Shown: positions 9,097 through 19,094 of the stretch, one piece after another
Numbering within the stretch: the first letter of the stretch is position 1
Layout of the letters: each line of letters starts with the position of its first letter
Assembly: GCA_963814275.1 (NCBI GenBank)
Contig: CAWFCE010000002.1
Coordinates: forward strand, 1,067,263-1,131,262
DNA from: Candidatus Parcubacteria bacterium
GTDB lineage: Bacteria; Patescibacteriota; Patescibacteriia; Patescibacteriales; UBA12075
Reading direction: 5' to 3'
Length of the DNA stretch: 64,000 bases
Made by a program: the position numbers and the translations under genes
Notes under the pieces: generated by a model
Told to the model about the DNA's origin: nothing
What the model saw: only the letters and a program-made list of their open reading frames with translations
Databases searched by the model: none

Positions 9097-9501
9097 ATGA
9101 AATTTTCCACTCGGACAACTTATGGCTTGCGGGCGATGATCAACCTGGCGCAGACCCATGGGCAGGGGAGTACGGCTTTGAGCAAGATAGCCAAAGACGA
9201 AAAGATATCCCAAGGCTATTTGGAACGCTTGTTCAAGAATCTGAAAAACGCGGAACTGGTCAAATCGATCAAGGGCGCATCCGGGGGGTATGAGCTGGCC
9301 AAGGACCCTTCCCGGATCATGGTTTTTGATATTGTGAAGACTCTTGAGGGCAAGATGTCTCCTTTTCATTGTCTCGATGACAGCGGGAAAATTTATTGCG
9401 ACAAAAAGTGCAATTGCGGGGCTACGCTGGTTCTGGCCAAAGTACAAGCGGCGGTGAATCGGACACTGCGGTCGATGACGCTTAAGGACCTGGTGAATTG
9501 A
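9097..9501 (+). CDS. Rrf2 family transcriptional regulator (IscR-like)
   Basis: MKFSTRTTYGLRAMINLA...ISQGYLERLFKNLKNAELVKSIKGASGGYELAK. Has a C-terminal Cys cluster CLDDSGKIYCDKKCNC. Sits upstream of the Fe-S genes. Confidence 0.85.
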   Translation: MKFSTRTTYGLRAMINLAQTHGQGSTALSKIAKDEKISQGYLERLFKNLKNAELVKSIKGASGGYELAKDPSRIMVFDIVKTLEGKMSPFHCLDDSGKIYCDKKCNCGATLVLAKVQAAVNRTLRSMTLKDLVN

Positions 9502-9560
9502 TTTTTATTAGACGATTTGTGTTTGAGTAATTATTTATTTTTTAATTATTCCAAATTCTA

Positions 9561-9716
9561 AATTCTAAGCTCTAAATCCTAAACAAATTTTAAATTCCAA
9601 TGACAGAAATCCAAAACCCGACCCTTGACAGATCGGGTGAGCACAATAAAGTGTTTTGAAATTAAGATTTTGAAAATTGTGATTTGTTTAGGATTTAGTA
9701 TTTAGTGCTTAGAAAT
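9561..9716. repeat. long imperfect palindrome built from short-period simple repeats
   Basis: aattctaagctctaaatcctaaacaaat (9561-9588) pairs with atttgtttaggatttagtatttagtgcttagaaatt (9682-9716). There is an inner cccga...tcggg hairpin. Confidence 0.7.
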
Positions 9717-9732
9717 TTTACTAACAAAGAAG

Positions 9733-10479
9733 ATGGCCGCAAAAGTCAAATTTGCAATTTTAATCATCCTGATAATGGTGCCTGTAATGGCCAGCGCCAA
9801 CAGCCTGTCTGACAGTGACCATGACGGGGTTCCGGACAAGGATGAAATTGGAGTGTATTTCACCGATCCGGCCAACAAAGATACGGACGGTGACGGTTAT
9901 ACGGACTTTGAGGAACTGGTCCACGGCTATTCGCCGCATTCGCCCGGCCAGATAAGGCTTGAGGATAATGACCAGGATAAGGACGGGCTGTCCGACCGGA
10001 TGGAACTTAATTTCCATACTAACCTGCTCCAGGCCGATACCGACGGGGACGGTTATTCCGACGGTAATGAGATCAGCAACGGCTATGACCCCTTAACCCG
10101 CGAACCCGTGCAGCTGCCGAAAAGGATCGAGATCAATACCGGAGCGCAAGAGCTTTCGTATTTTCTTGGTAATGTCCGCATGGATACCTACCCGGTATCT
10201 TCCGGCGTATCCTATATGCCGACCCCGAAAGGGCATTTCACGATCGCGAACAAAAGCCCCAAAGCCTGGTCGTCTTACGGACTATGGATGCCGTATTGGA
10301 TGTCCTTGTCGGGAACCCGGGCCGGCATCCATGAATTGCCGATATGGCCGAACGGCTACCGCGAAGGGGAGGACCATCTCGGCACCCCGGTTTCACACGG
10401 CTGCGTCAGATTGGGCATCGGTCCGGCCAAACTGCTATATGACTGGACGCCGGTCGGCACGCCGGTATTCATATATTAG
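9733..10479 (+). CDS. secreted L,D-transpeptidase (YkuD domain) with N-terminal thrombospondin-type-3-like Ca-binding repeats
   Basis: Signal or TM segment AILIILIMVPVMASA. Repeated DxDxDGxxDxxE motifs (DSDHDGVPDKDE, DTDGDGYTDFEE, DQDKDGLSDRME, DTDGDGYSDGNE). Catalytic HGCVRLG. Confidence 0.85.
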   Translation: MAAKVKFAILIILIMVPVMASANSLSDSDHDGVPDKDEIGVYFTDPANKDTDGDGYTDFEELVHGYSPHSPGQIRLEDNDQDKDGLSDRMELNFHTNLLQADTDGDGYSDGNEISNGYDPLTREPVQLPKRIEINTGAQELSYFLGNVRMDTYPVSSGVSYMPTPKGHFTIANKSPKAWSSYGLWMPYWMSLSGTRAGIHELPIWPNGYREGEDHLGTPVSHGCVRLGIGPAKLLYDWTPVGTPVFIY

Positions 10480-10486
10480 GTAATTT

Positions 10487-10568
10487 GAAATTAGAAATTG
10501 GAAACTGGGATTATGTTTTATGGCCTTAATCCATATTTATATGAACCTGATGTCCAATTTCTAATTTC
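10487..10568. repeat. perfect 16-nt inverted repeat ahead of iscU
   Basis: gaaattagaaattgga (10487-10502) is the exact reverse complement of tccaatttctaatttc (10553-10568). Confidence 0.8.
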
Positions 10569-10581
10569 TAATAAAAAAATT

Positions 10582-10956
10582 ATGCAATATACGGACAAAG
10601 TCATCGAACATTTTCGGAATCCGCATAACCAGGGTAACATGGCGGATGCCGATGCGGTTGCCCAGGAAGGGAATCCGGTTTGCGGTGATGTAATGAAGAT
10701 GTATCTGAAGATCAACAGCCGGCAGAATGTTATCGAAGATATCAAATTCGAAACATTGGGCTGCGCCGCGGCGATCGCTGTTTCTTCGATATTGACAGAC
10801 ATGGCCATAGGCAAGACCCTGGACGAGGCGATGAAACTGACCAAGGATGACGTGGTCAAAGAACTGGGCGGCCTGCCGGAACAAAAAGTCCACTGCTCCA
10901 TGCTGGGAGTAGATGCGCTTCATCAAGCAATAAAAAACTATCTAAAAAAAGAATAA
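10582..10956 (+). CDS. iscU: Fe-S cluster scaffold protein IscU/NifU N-domain
   Basis: MQYTDKVIEHFRNPHNQG...NPVCGDVMKMYL...TLGCAAAIAVSS...KVHCSMLG carries the three conserved Cys. Start moved to ATG 10582. Confidence 0.85.
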   Translation: MQYTDKVIEHFRNPHNQGNMADADAVAQEGNPVCGDVMKMYLKINSRQNVIEDIKFETLGCAAAIAVSSILTDMAIGKTLDEAMKLTKDDVVKELGGLPEQKVHCSMLGVDALHQAIKNYLKKE

Positions 10957-11043
10957 CATTATTCAATTTATTATAAATAAGTACTCAAAGACACATAGTG
11001 CTGCGCGCAAAATTCCGCAGGCTGGTGCCATTGACCAAATAAT

Positions 11044-11271
11044 ATGAATGATAAAAAGATTTTAAACGCCCTGGAAAAAGTGCGGCCAGGATTGCAGGCT
11101 GATGGCGGTGATGTCGAATTCGTGAAATTCGACGACAAAGCGGGCCGCCTGGAAGTGCGCCTCAAAGGCATGTGTTTCGGCTGCCCGATGGCGCAAATGA
11201 CATTGAACGAAGGAATCTTGAAAGAAGTGCAAAAAGCGGTTCCGGAAGTGAAGGAAGTAGTACAGGTATAA
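11044..11271 (+). CDS. NifU C-terminal-domain (Nfu-like) Fe-S carrier
   Basis: 75 aa. LEKVRPGLQADGGDVEFV and the CFGCP CxxC motif. Confidence 0.75.
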   Translation: MNDKKILNALEKVRPGLQADGGDVEFVKFDDKAGRLEVRLKGMCFGCPMAQMTLNEGILKEVQKAVPEVKEVVQV

Positions 11272-11401
11272 TTAGATGAATATACAATTCAATATAATTC
11301 TTATCAGCCGCAAAAATACAATATACTACTTGTTTTGCCGGCATGCGGGCTTCAATAACTAATAATCAAATAGTTTGGTTATTATTAAGAATCAGAAATT
11401 T

Positions 11402-12671
11402 ATGAAAAAAATATATTTAGACCACAGCGCCACCACGCCCGTTGATAGGGATGTATTGGAAGCTATGCTGCCCTATTTCAGCGGAACCTACGGCAATCCC
11501 ACTTCTATCCATAATTTCGGCCAAGCGTCTCTCAAAGGGGTGGATAAGGCGCGCCTTCAAACCGCGTCTTATTTTAATTGCCAGCCGGATGAAATAGTTT
11601 TTACATCCGGTGCGACCGAATCCGACAATCTGGCGGTCAAGGGGGTGATTTCCGCCCTGTGCCGGCAAGGGCTCAAACACGAAGAGATGCATGCCATCAC
11701 CTCGATCGTTGAACATGACGCAGTCCTGGAGCCGTTTATGGAATTGGAAAAAGCCGGGGTGGCCGTTACTCATCTGCCGGTCAAAGCCAACGGTACGATC
11801 GACCCGGAAACACTTAAAGCCGCCCTGCGGCCGAATACGGTCTTGGTATCGATCATGTGGGTAAACAGCGAGGTCGGGGCGATCATGCCGATCAAAGAGA
11901 TCGGAAAGATCATCAAAAAAGCCAAGGAAGAACAGGGAGAAGGCTTGGCAGAATAAACGTTCCGATGAAGGCAATGGCCCGGGACAGGAGCATGCCAGCC
12001 GGCCCTTGCCGCTGTATTTCCATAGTGATGCCACCCAGGCGCTTAATTTTATCGCTTGTGATGTTCAGGCGCATAATATAGACCTCTTGTCCTGTTCCGG
12101 ACATAAGATATACGGACCGAAAGGAGTAGGCGCCCTGTATATTCGTGAAGGTATAGCCATTGACTCGCTCCAGCGCGGCGGACACCAGGAAAAGAACCGC
12201 CGCAGCGGCACATTGAATGCAAGCGGCATTGTCGGATTGGGCGCGGCTATTGGCCAATTGGGCGCAGATAAGCAAAGTGAAAACAACCTTAATATCGCCA
12301 AACTGCGCGACCAACTTGTTGAAGGCATAAATAAAAACATTCCGGACACGGTATTGAACACCGACCGCGAACACGGTACGCCGTCGCATGCCCACTTTTC
12401 TTTTATGGGCGTGGAAGGCGAGTCGCTTCTGATGGCTCTGGACCTGGAGGGCATTGCCGTTTCCACCGGCTCCGCCTGCGCGTCCGGCTCGCTTAAAGCC
12501 TCGCACGTACTCATTGCAATGGGCATAGACAAGGAAGTGGCGCATTATTCCATACGCTTTACACTCGGAAAGCATAATACCAAGCAGGAAATAGGCGACA
12601 TTATCAGGATCCTGCCACCGATCGTCAAGCGTTTGCGCGACATGAATCCGATATATAAAAAAGAAGAATAA
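11402..12671 (+). pseudogene. nifS: cysteine desulfurase NifS/IscS split by a +1 frame change (two ORFs: 11402-11956 and 12006-12671)
   Basis: N-half MKKIYLDHSATTPVDRDVLEAM...GNPTSIHNFG. C-half PLYFHSDATQAL...SGHKIYGPKGVGALY (PLP Lys)...STGSACASG (catalytic Cys). By hand translation, the second frame is open back to at least ~11883 and overlaps the first. Confidence 0.8.
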
Positions 12672-12749
12672 AGCGACAACAGCAGTGTTCAAGAAACATA
12701 TATTCTGCCATTATCTATTCGCAAACATGCTTATAACGTTAAATGAATT

Positions 12750-12790
12750 AAAACACCCCTGGATTAGGGAAATCCAGGGGTGTTTTAATT
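12750..12790. terminator. bidirectional-looking intrinsic terminator after nifS
   Basis: aaaacacccctggat-taggga-aatccaggggtgtttt. Confidence 0.6.
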
Positions 12791-12984
12791 AAAATATATC
12801 TTACAGGTAGAGAAAACGGTGGATAAAATCAATTAGCCTAAAACGTCTGAAAAATTTTCTTCCATCAAAAATTGGATTGAAATAAACCTCATTTTTATTT
12901 ATTGTTGCCTGGTAATTCATATGTTTATGGAAATATTTTATTCTTAATTTAATTATTGCAGATTATTGTTAAAACGGTATTAAT

Positions 12985-13012
12985 AAAAAAACCCGGGGTT
13001 AAACCCGGAATC
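12985..13012 (-). terminator. intrinsic terminator after the 653-aa membrane protein gene
   Basis: Minus strand reads ccgggtttaaccccgg followed by gttttttt. Confidence 0.5.
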
Positions 13013-13033
13013 GCCACGTATTAGTATCATTCT

Positions 13034-14995
13034 CTAACGCCGGTATTCAAATACCAGTATGTTATCATTATCAATCCCGAAATATGAATCCGCTTCAAGC
13101 TTGGCTTCGGCAGCGATCTTATCGAAAGCCCACCAGTATTTATTCAGCACGAAATAGGCTTCGTTTACGCCGGCCAGGTCCATGGCTTTGAGCATCGTAT
13201 CGCGCGATGGCTTCAGATAGACCATGTTAAGGTAATAGCCGTATAACGGGCCGCCGGTAGGAATCGGGTAGTAGAAAATATCGGATCCGTTGCTGGTCTG
13301 ATAATATTGCTTGAAGCCGAATTCACTGAGGGCCGCGGCCGATACTTGTTGGTTGGCCAATACGATATATTTGCTGTTGCCGGCTTGTTTATTAACCAGG
13401 CGAACAGCGTCAATATCGGCTTGGCTGACGGTATAGCTGTGGGAATTGAAGTAACGGTCGAAACGCGGATAAGAAGCATAGACCGAAACGGAGAATGAAA
13501 TAACGAGAAAAGCGCCGAAAGTATAGCGGATATACCGGGGCGCCGCTTTAGCACGGCTGACCAGCGCGTATATGGCGATGACGATGAAAGGCGAGGCAAA
13601 CAAAACGGCTTCGGTCCTGATCCGTTCGAGAAAACTGCCGCGTTCATAGTCGATAAGATATGAGAAATCGAGATTACGAGACAAGTAGTACGCCACAAAG
13701 AGCGTAATACCCATGCCGGCATACAAGACCATGATCCGGCAGCGTTGCCGGTATCGCCAGGCGATATAAAGGCCGGCCAGCACCAGAAAAATAATAATGT
13801 ACTCCAGATTGAAGATGAAGAAGTAGGCCGTATTTAGGATCAGATTTTCCGAATGGGGATTGGCCGGCAGGGAAAAAACCGGTTCAGGGATATAAGCGGC
13901 TTCCGATACGGGCTGCGACCGACCGGCGATCCAAAGGGCCAAGGGCAGGGCAAAAGCGGCAAAAACATAGATAGCCGCGCTGAAAATCACCTTAAATCGC
14001 GGCAAATCGCTGTAATAGACAGTCAGTATAACGGCAAACAACAAGGCAGGAATACCCGCTATCGCTTGGCTTGCAAGCGCGGCCAACGCCAGCAAATATA
14101 TGATAATAAGGTCGCGCGGACCGCGGCAGTCAAGTCCGCGCAGTATGACAAGCGCAAGTAATAAATAGGCCAGATGCTGGGGAGTGGTGATGGTGAACAT
14201 CCCGAATGGAATCGACAATAATGCCGCGATCGTGATCGATATCGAATTATTTTCGGAAAACCAAGAACGAAGAAACCGGAGCAATGTCTGGGGAAGAAAT
14301 ACCGCGGCGAGCAAGGGGATAAGCAGATAATGAAGTTCTTTGAGGGGCAGGAAAAACAGTTTGGAAACGATTGTCAAAAACGCATATTGCCCCAGATAAT
14401 ACAAAGGCTTCGGATCGACGGAACCAACGCGGGCAATTAAGTCCAATGTTGCCTGATGAATGAACGGATCAAATCCGAATCCGAGGGGAAACACGACCAG
14501 AACTACGGCAAAAACCGTAAAATAAAAAGCCGACAACAGCATCAATGAATTCCTCGCTGACAAAGTAAGCCGAAACAGCAATACGACAAATACAGCGGCT
14601 ATTACCGCGAAAAAATACTGCGGCACCGCTTGCCAAGGGGAGATCAGGGCGGCGGTAGTATGGGATTGCCACAAAATGAACCAAGAAGCGGCAATACCAA
14701 AAAAATATGCGATATCCAGAACTAATACCGGGCGGAGTTTTTTCGGCGCTAGGTTTTCAGAGTCAGTATTGCCGGGCGCGCGAGTGTTTAAATTGTGAAT
14801 TTTGGAATAACGAAGTATAATGATATATAGCAAAACAACCAGAATCACGGTAACTATTATCCCGGGCAAATTCAGTTTATAAAACCAATATACGGCTGCG
14901 CCGATTACGGATATAAGGGTTACCAGAATCAGCGCGTGGTCGTATATATTGTCAATATTTTTACTATCCATGAAAAATTGTAATTGAGAAATCAA
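13034..14995 (-). CDS. large polytopic integral membrane protein with a C-terminal soluble domain (function unknown)
   Basis: 653 aa with many hydrophobic segments. No motif I can name. An alternative start is MDSKNID at 14971. Confidence 0.5.
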   Translation of the reverse strand: MISQLQFFMDSKNIDNIYDHALILVTLISVIGAAVYWFYKLNLPGIIVTVILVVLLYIIILRYSKIHNLNTRAPGNTDSENLAPKKLRPVLVLDIAYFFGIAASWFILWQSHTTAALISPWQAVPQYFFAVIAAVFVVLLFRLTLSARNSLMLLSAFYFTVFAVVLVVFPLGFGFDPFIHQATLDLIARVGSVDPKPLYYLGQYAFLTIVSKLFFLPLKELHYLLIPLLAAVFLPQTLLRFLRSWFSENNSISITIAALLSIPFGMFTITTPQHLAYLLLALVILRGLDCRGPRDLIIIYLLALAALASQAIAGIPALLFAVILTVYYSDLPRFKVIFSAAIYVFAAFALPLALWIAGRSQPVSEAAYIPEPVFSLPANPHSENLILNTAYFFIFNLEYIIIFLVLAGLYIAWRYRQRCRIMVLYAGMGITLFVAYYLSRNLDFSYLIDYERGSFLERIRTEAVLFASPFIVIAIYALVSRAKAAPRYIRYTFGAFLVISFSVSVYASYPRFDRYFNSHSYTVSQADIDAVRLVNKQAGNSKYIVLANQQVSAAALSEFGFKQYYQTSNGSDIFYYPIPTGGPLYGYYLNMVYLKPSRDTMLKAMDLAGVNEAYFVLNKYWWAFDKIAAEAKLEADSYFGIDNDNILVFEYRR

Positions 14996-15073
14996 CTGAT
15001 TGCCGTATTTTGCCGGTTCACGATATATAATTTAATGTGACCGGTATCAGCATAACATAATTGTACCACATTT

Positions 15074-15661
15074 ATGCTAAATAGCGAGTTCCAGAAAGCG
15101 GAAAAAATATATCCATTCGACCGGCTATTAGCGGCCACGGTCCTGAAACTGATCCCCCGGAGAATCCATCCGAACCATATTACAGTATTGCGCTTTATTT
15201 TGACTCCTATTGTCGTAATTTTGATGTTTAAAGAAAGCTACCATTTCGGCCTATGGGCATTTCTTATAACCGCCTTTACCGATGCGATCGACGGGGCCAT
15301 GGCCCGAACGCGCGACCAGATAACCGAGTGGGGGAAAGTCTATGACCCGGTTGCGGATAAAATTTTGATCGGGGCCATGGTTTTTATTATCGTATTGCGC
15401 TATCTCGACCCCTGGACCGCCTTGATAATCATTTTTCTGGAGACAATAATTATAACTGTCGGCTGGGTCCGTCTGAAAACCGGGACCAGGATACAGGCCA
15501 ATGTCTGGGGTAAAGTTAAGATGATTTTGCAGGTTGCGGGCGTTATTATTTTGCTTCTGGCAATTGTATTCGATTGGGCGACATTGTTCCCGCTTGCCTC
15601 CGGAACCCTTTATCTGGCGATCGCCTTCGCGATAGTTTCATTGTTGACTTACGGAATTTGA
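15074..15661 (+). CDS. CDP-alcohol phosphatidyltransferase family protein
   Basis: DAIDGAMARTRDQITEWGKVYDPVADK matches D-x2-DG-x2-AR-x8-G-x3-D-x3-D. Confidence 0.85.
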   Translation: MLNSEFQKAEKIYPFDRLLAATVLKLIPRRIHPNHITVLRFILTPIVVILMFKESYHFGLWAFLITAFTDAIDGAMARTRDQITEWGKVYDPVADKILIGAMVFIIVLRYLDPWTALIIIFLETIIITVGWVRLKTGTRIQANVWGKVKMILQVAGVIILLLAIVFDWATLFPLASGTLYLAIAFAIVSLLTYGI

Positions 15662-15885
15662 AATGATGTTATAAATATAAAATTCGACCAATTTGACTTG
15701 CTCGTTAATTGCCGCGCATTAATTGTCCTGTGCGGCATTTTTTAATATAACCTGGCACACGGCCGCCCGTTCCCGCACGCGCTTGCAATAGCAGAAAAAG
15801 GATAAATAAATATTTAAAAATTAATTGCCAAAACCAAATAAATCTGCTAATCTACGATATATATTTAACGGAGCTAATCAAGTAA

Positions 15886-17748
15886 ATGAAAAAAAATAAT
15901 TATAAAAAAATATTTAAAAAATACTGGCATTGGCCGGTGGTTATCGCTCTGGCGGCGGGCTTCTTCCTGGCGACCGGCGCTTTTAATTACTATACCCAAG
16001 ATTACCGGGTCGACGGGGATTTCGTAAAATGGGCATCTCCGGACGAAACCGCCAATTACGTATTCAGTAAATTATTCGGGCAAACCGGCGAACTGACGAT
16101 ATTCGAAAAATACAATTTATTGGCGGGTGATATCATGCACCCGCGCAGCTTCCGGTCAGACGGCGGCAATATCAAGCCGGTCAGCTTTCTGGGCATGATA
16201 CTTTTGTATGGGACGATAGTAAAGCTGACGACTTATAAAATTCTGCCGTATTTGACGCCTTTATTCGCGTCCTTGGGACTGGTCTATTATTTTCTTTTGA
16301 TAAAACGCCTATTTGGAAGAAGCAACGCGGTTATTTCCGTATTCGTTCTGGCCGCATTTCCTGTCTACACTTACTATACGGCCCGCAGCATGTTCCACAA
16401 TATCCTGTTCATCGTTTTTCTTATAATCAGCCTGTATTACGGGATTTCAATGGCCGAGCATAAAAAATCGTATGGTGGATTCGTTAAAATGACCAAGGCC
16501 GCTTGGCAGTGGGTCAGAAAAGGGAAATTCATTCAAGCGCAATTTGGCCTCAAAAAATCAGCATACGCCGCAATTGGGGGGACGGCGCTGGGAATGGCCG
16601 TTGCCGTCAGAACCTCGGAGGCAATTTGGCTTCTGCCTTTGTTTGCCATTCTGTATATCTTGAATATCCGGCAGATAAGAATAACAAAACTCGTTATTTT
16701 CATCTCGTTTGCCGTATTATCGGTTTTGCCTACCCTATATTACAATCAGATCCTTTACGGTTCGCCCTGGTTCGGCGGCTACCCAGCCATGAATGATTCA
16801 ATCGTCGCGATCAAGGATAGCGGGGCGGAAATGTTCGGCTCGGCTGTTGCCGGCCAGGCGGAAGTAATCCGGGATGCGGCCAAAAAAATATTCGATACCA
16901 TTTTCTTTTTCGGTTTTCATCCGCGCCAAAGCATTCGCTTGGCCGATGCCTACATCAGGGGAATGTTCCCCTGGTTATTCTGGTTTGGCTTGTTCGGATT
17001 GGCGGTGTTCGCGGCTAACTGGCGCAAGCGCAAACGCCGCCACTGGATATATCTGGCCGGGCTTGCCTGTGTCTCTTCATTCCTAATTATCTATTACGGC
17101 AGCTGGCGTTTCTCCGACAATCCCGACCTCTCGGCCATAACGATCGGCAATTCCTATACCCGCTATTGGCTGCCGGTATACCTGGGGATAATCCCGCTCT
17201 TGAGTTACTTTTTGATCCGTTTGTCGAATGCTTTCTGCGCGTTCGGCGGCAACAGCGGAGACAGTAATGATTCCGGACAGCTGTCGATGAAATTCAGTAA
17301 AAGCGGCTTCGGTAAAACAGCTTGCCGTTTTACCTGGCGCAGCTTGATAGTCGGCATTGTGGCCATTTCGTCTTTTACTTATGTCATGAGCGGTACGGAA
17401 GAGGGTTTAGTATACCTCGCCCGCCAGCAGGCCGATGCCCGTCAAGAATTTCATCGCGTGCTTGATCTCACCGAAAATAACGCGGTCATCATCACTCGCT
17501 ATCACGATAAGCTGTTTTTTCCCGAGCGCAAAGTTATCGTCGGCTTGTTCGACGATCCGGACATGGTTAGGACATACGCCATGCTGGTCGATTCGCTTCC
17601 GGTCTACTATTATAATTTTACCTTTCCCCAGAAAGACTTGGACTATCTCAACAACCGCCGCCTTTATGAAGCCGGGCTCAATATCGAACCAGTCGAACAG
17701 ATCACAAGTGATTTTACTCTATATCGCCTGGTTCCATTGGCTAATTGA
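15886..17748 (+). CDS. GT-C-like (ArnT/PMT family 39-like) membrane glycosyltransferase, putative
   Basis: 620 aa, polytopic. Has a first-loop acidic motif SPDETANYVF, as in GT-C enzymes. The assignment is by resemblance only. Confidence 0.45.
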   Translation: MKKNNYKKIFKKYWHWPVVIALAAGFFLATGAFNYYTQDYRVDGDFVKWASPDETANYVFSKLFGQTGELTIFEKYNLLAGDIMHPRSFRSDGGNIKPVSFLGMILLYGTIVKLTTYKILPYLTPLFASLGLVYYFLLIKRLFGRSNAVISVFVLAAFPVYTYYTARSMFHNILFIVFLIISLYYGISMAEHKKSYGGFVKMTKAAWQWVRKGKFIQAQFGLKKSAYAAIGGTALGMAVAVRTSEAIWLLPLFAILYILNIRQIRITKLVIFISFAVLSVLPTLYYNQILYGSPWFGGYPAMNDSIVAIKDSGAEMFGSAVAGQAEVIRDAAKKIFDTIFFFGFHPRQSIRLADAYIRGMFPWLFWFGLFGLAVFAANWRKRKRRHWIYLAGLACVSSFLIIYYGSWRFSDNPDLSAITIGNSYTRYWLPVYLGIIPLLSYFLIRLSNAFCAFGGNSGDSNDSGQLSMKFSKSGFGKTACRFTWRSLIVGIVAISSFTYVMSGTEEGLVYLARQQADARQEFHRVLDLTENNAVIITRYHDKLFFPERKVIVGLFDDPDMVRTYAMLVDSLPVYYYNFTFPQKDLDYLNNRRLYEAGLNIEPVEQITSDFTLYRLVPLAN

Positions 17749-17818
17749 TGGATAATGGTCAGAATACAAAAAAATTATTCTCTTTGACCCTTTGTTCAAA
17801 AAACAGTATCATTATTAT

Positions 17819-18970
17819 ATGGTTAAAGATAAGAAAAAATCTAAGCGGATCGGGATCGATGCGCGATTTTACGGACCAGCCAACAAGGGCTTGGGCAGAT
17901 ATACCAAAGAAGTGGTTGATGGGGTTACCGGGTCGGACCGGGATAACGAATACGTCGTATTTCTCCGCCGGGAGAATTTCGACGAATTCGATACCGCCAA
18001 CCCGCGGGTGAAGAAAGTGCTGGCCGACATTCGCTGGTATACTTTGGCCGAACAGCTGCTCTTTCCATTCATCATATGGCGGGAACGGGTGGATTTTATG
18101 CATTTCGCCCATTTTAATGTTCCCTTGTTTGCGCCGGTAAAATTTATCGTTACTATCCATGACCTTATCTTGACAGAGCACCCGACTAAGCGGGCCAGTA
18201 CCCTGGCTCCGTTTTTTTATTGGCTGAAAAATGCCGCTTACAGGCTTATTATCAGGACGGCTGTATGGCGGTCAAGAAAAATAATTGCCGTATCTGATTA
18301 TACCCGCCAAGAGATAATCAATAAATTCAAACCAAATCCGGCGAAAGTCATAACCATTTACGAAGGTGTTGCCGAAGCCCTGAAATCACCCTCCGGGACT
18401 GATGACAAAAAAGTAATTTTAAGGTATAATATACATGAGCCATATCTGCTTTATGTGGGCAATGCTTATCCGCACAAAAACCTGGAAAACCTAATTGAAT
18501 CCTTTACTATTATTAAAGAAAAATTGACCGATTATAGCCTGGTTTTGGTCGGTAAGGAGGATTATTTTTATAAACGATTGGTCACGCTGGCCGAAAAATC
18601 GAAATATCGCAATAATATCATATTTCCCGGGTATGTCCCCGACATGGATCTGGCCGCGATTTACCGGCAAGCTAGAACATATATCTTCCCTTCATTCTAC
18701 GAAGGTTTCGGTTTACCTCCGCTGGAAGCGATGCAACACGGCTGTATAACAGTTTGCTCGAACAAAACCTGCCTGCCGGAGATACTGGGGGAGGCATCAT
18801 TGTATTTCGATCCCCTGGATAAAAGCGAAATGATATCCGCTATAATCAAGGCCTCGACCGATATTACTCTCAGGGCAAAGCTAAAAAAGGAGTCAGCCGT
18901 ACAGATAACAAAATACAACTGGCGGAAATGCGCCCGGGAAACTATCGAAATTTACAGGCAGATCAGCTGA
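17819..18970 (+). CDS. glycosyltransferase family 4 (GT-B, group 1)
   Basis: C-terminal EGFGLPPLEAMQHGCITVCSN (EX7E-type motif). ATG at 17819 preferred over the TTG at 17792. Confidence 0.85.
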   Translation: MVKDKKKSKRIGIDARFYGPANKGLGRYTKEVVDGVTGSDRDNEYVVFLRRENFDEFDTANPRVKKVLADIRWYTLAEQLLFPFIIWRERVDFMHFAHFNVPLFAPVKFIVTIHDLILTEHPTKRASTLAPFFYWLKNAAYRLIIRTAVWRSRKIIAVSDYTRQEIINKFKPNPAKVITIYEGVAEALKSPSGTDDKKVILRYNIHEPYLLYVGNAYPHKNLENLIESFTIIKEKLTDYSLVLVGKEDYFYKRLVTLAEKSKYRNNIIFPGYVPDMDLAAIYRQARTYIFPSFYEGFGLPPLEAMQHGCITVCSNKTCLPEILGEASLYFDPLDKSEMISAIIKASTDITLRAKLKKESAVQITKYNWRKCARETIEIYRQIS

Positions 18971-19094
18971 AAAAGGAAGCGTACCGCAGACGACCAGCGG
19001 TAAAAAACGAAATCGGGAATTTGGAATCAGAACTTCAGACATATCAAAGCCGGGTAATTTCTAATTCCAAATTTCCAATTTTACGATATTCCCC

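Noticed and set aside
11857-12081. 74-aa ORF bridging the two nifS halves, considered as a separate small gene
   Set aside because: It is the third frame across the frameshift region, with an Arg-rich nonsense-like translation. The flanking frames carry the real NifS motifs.
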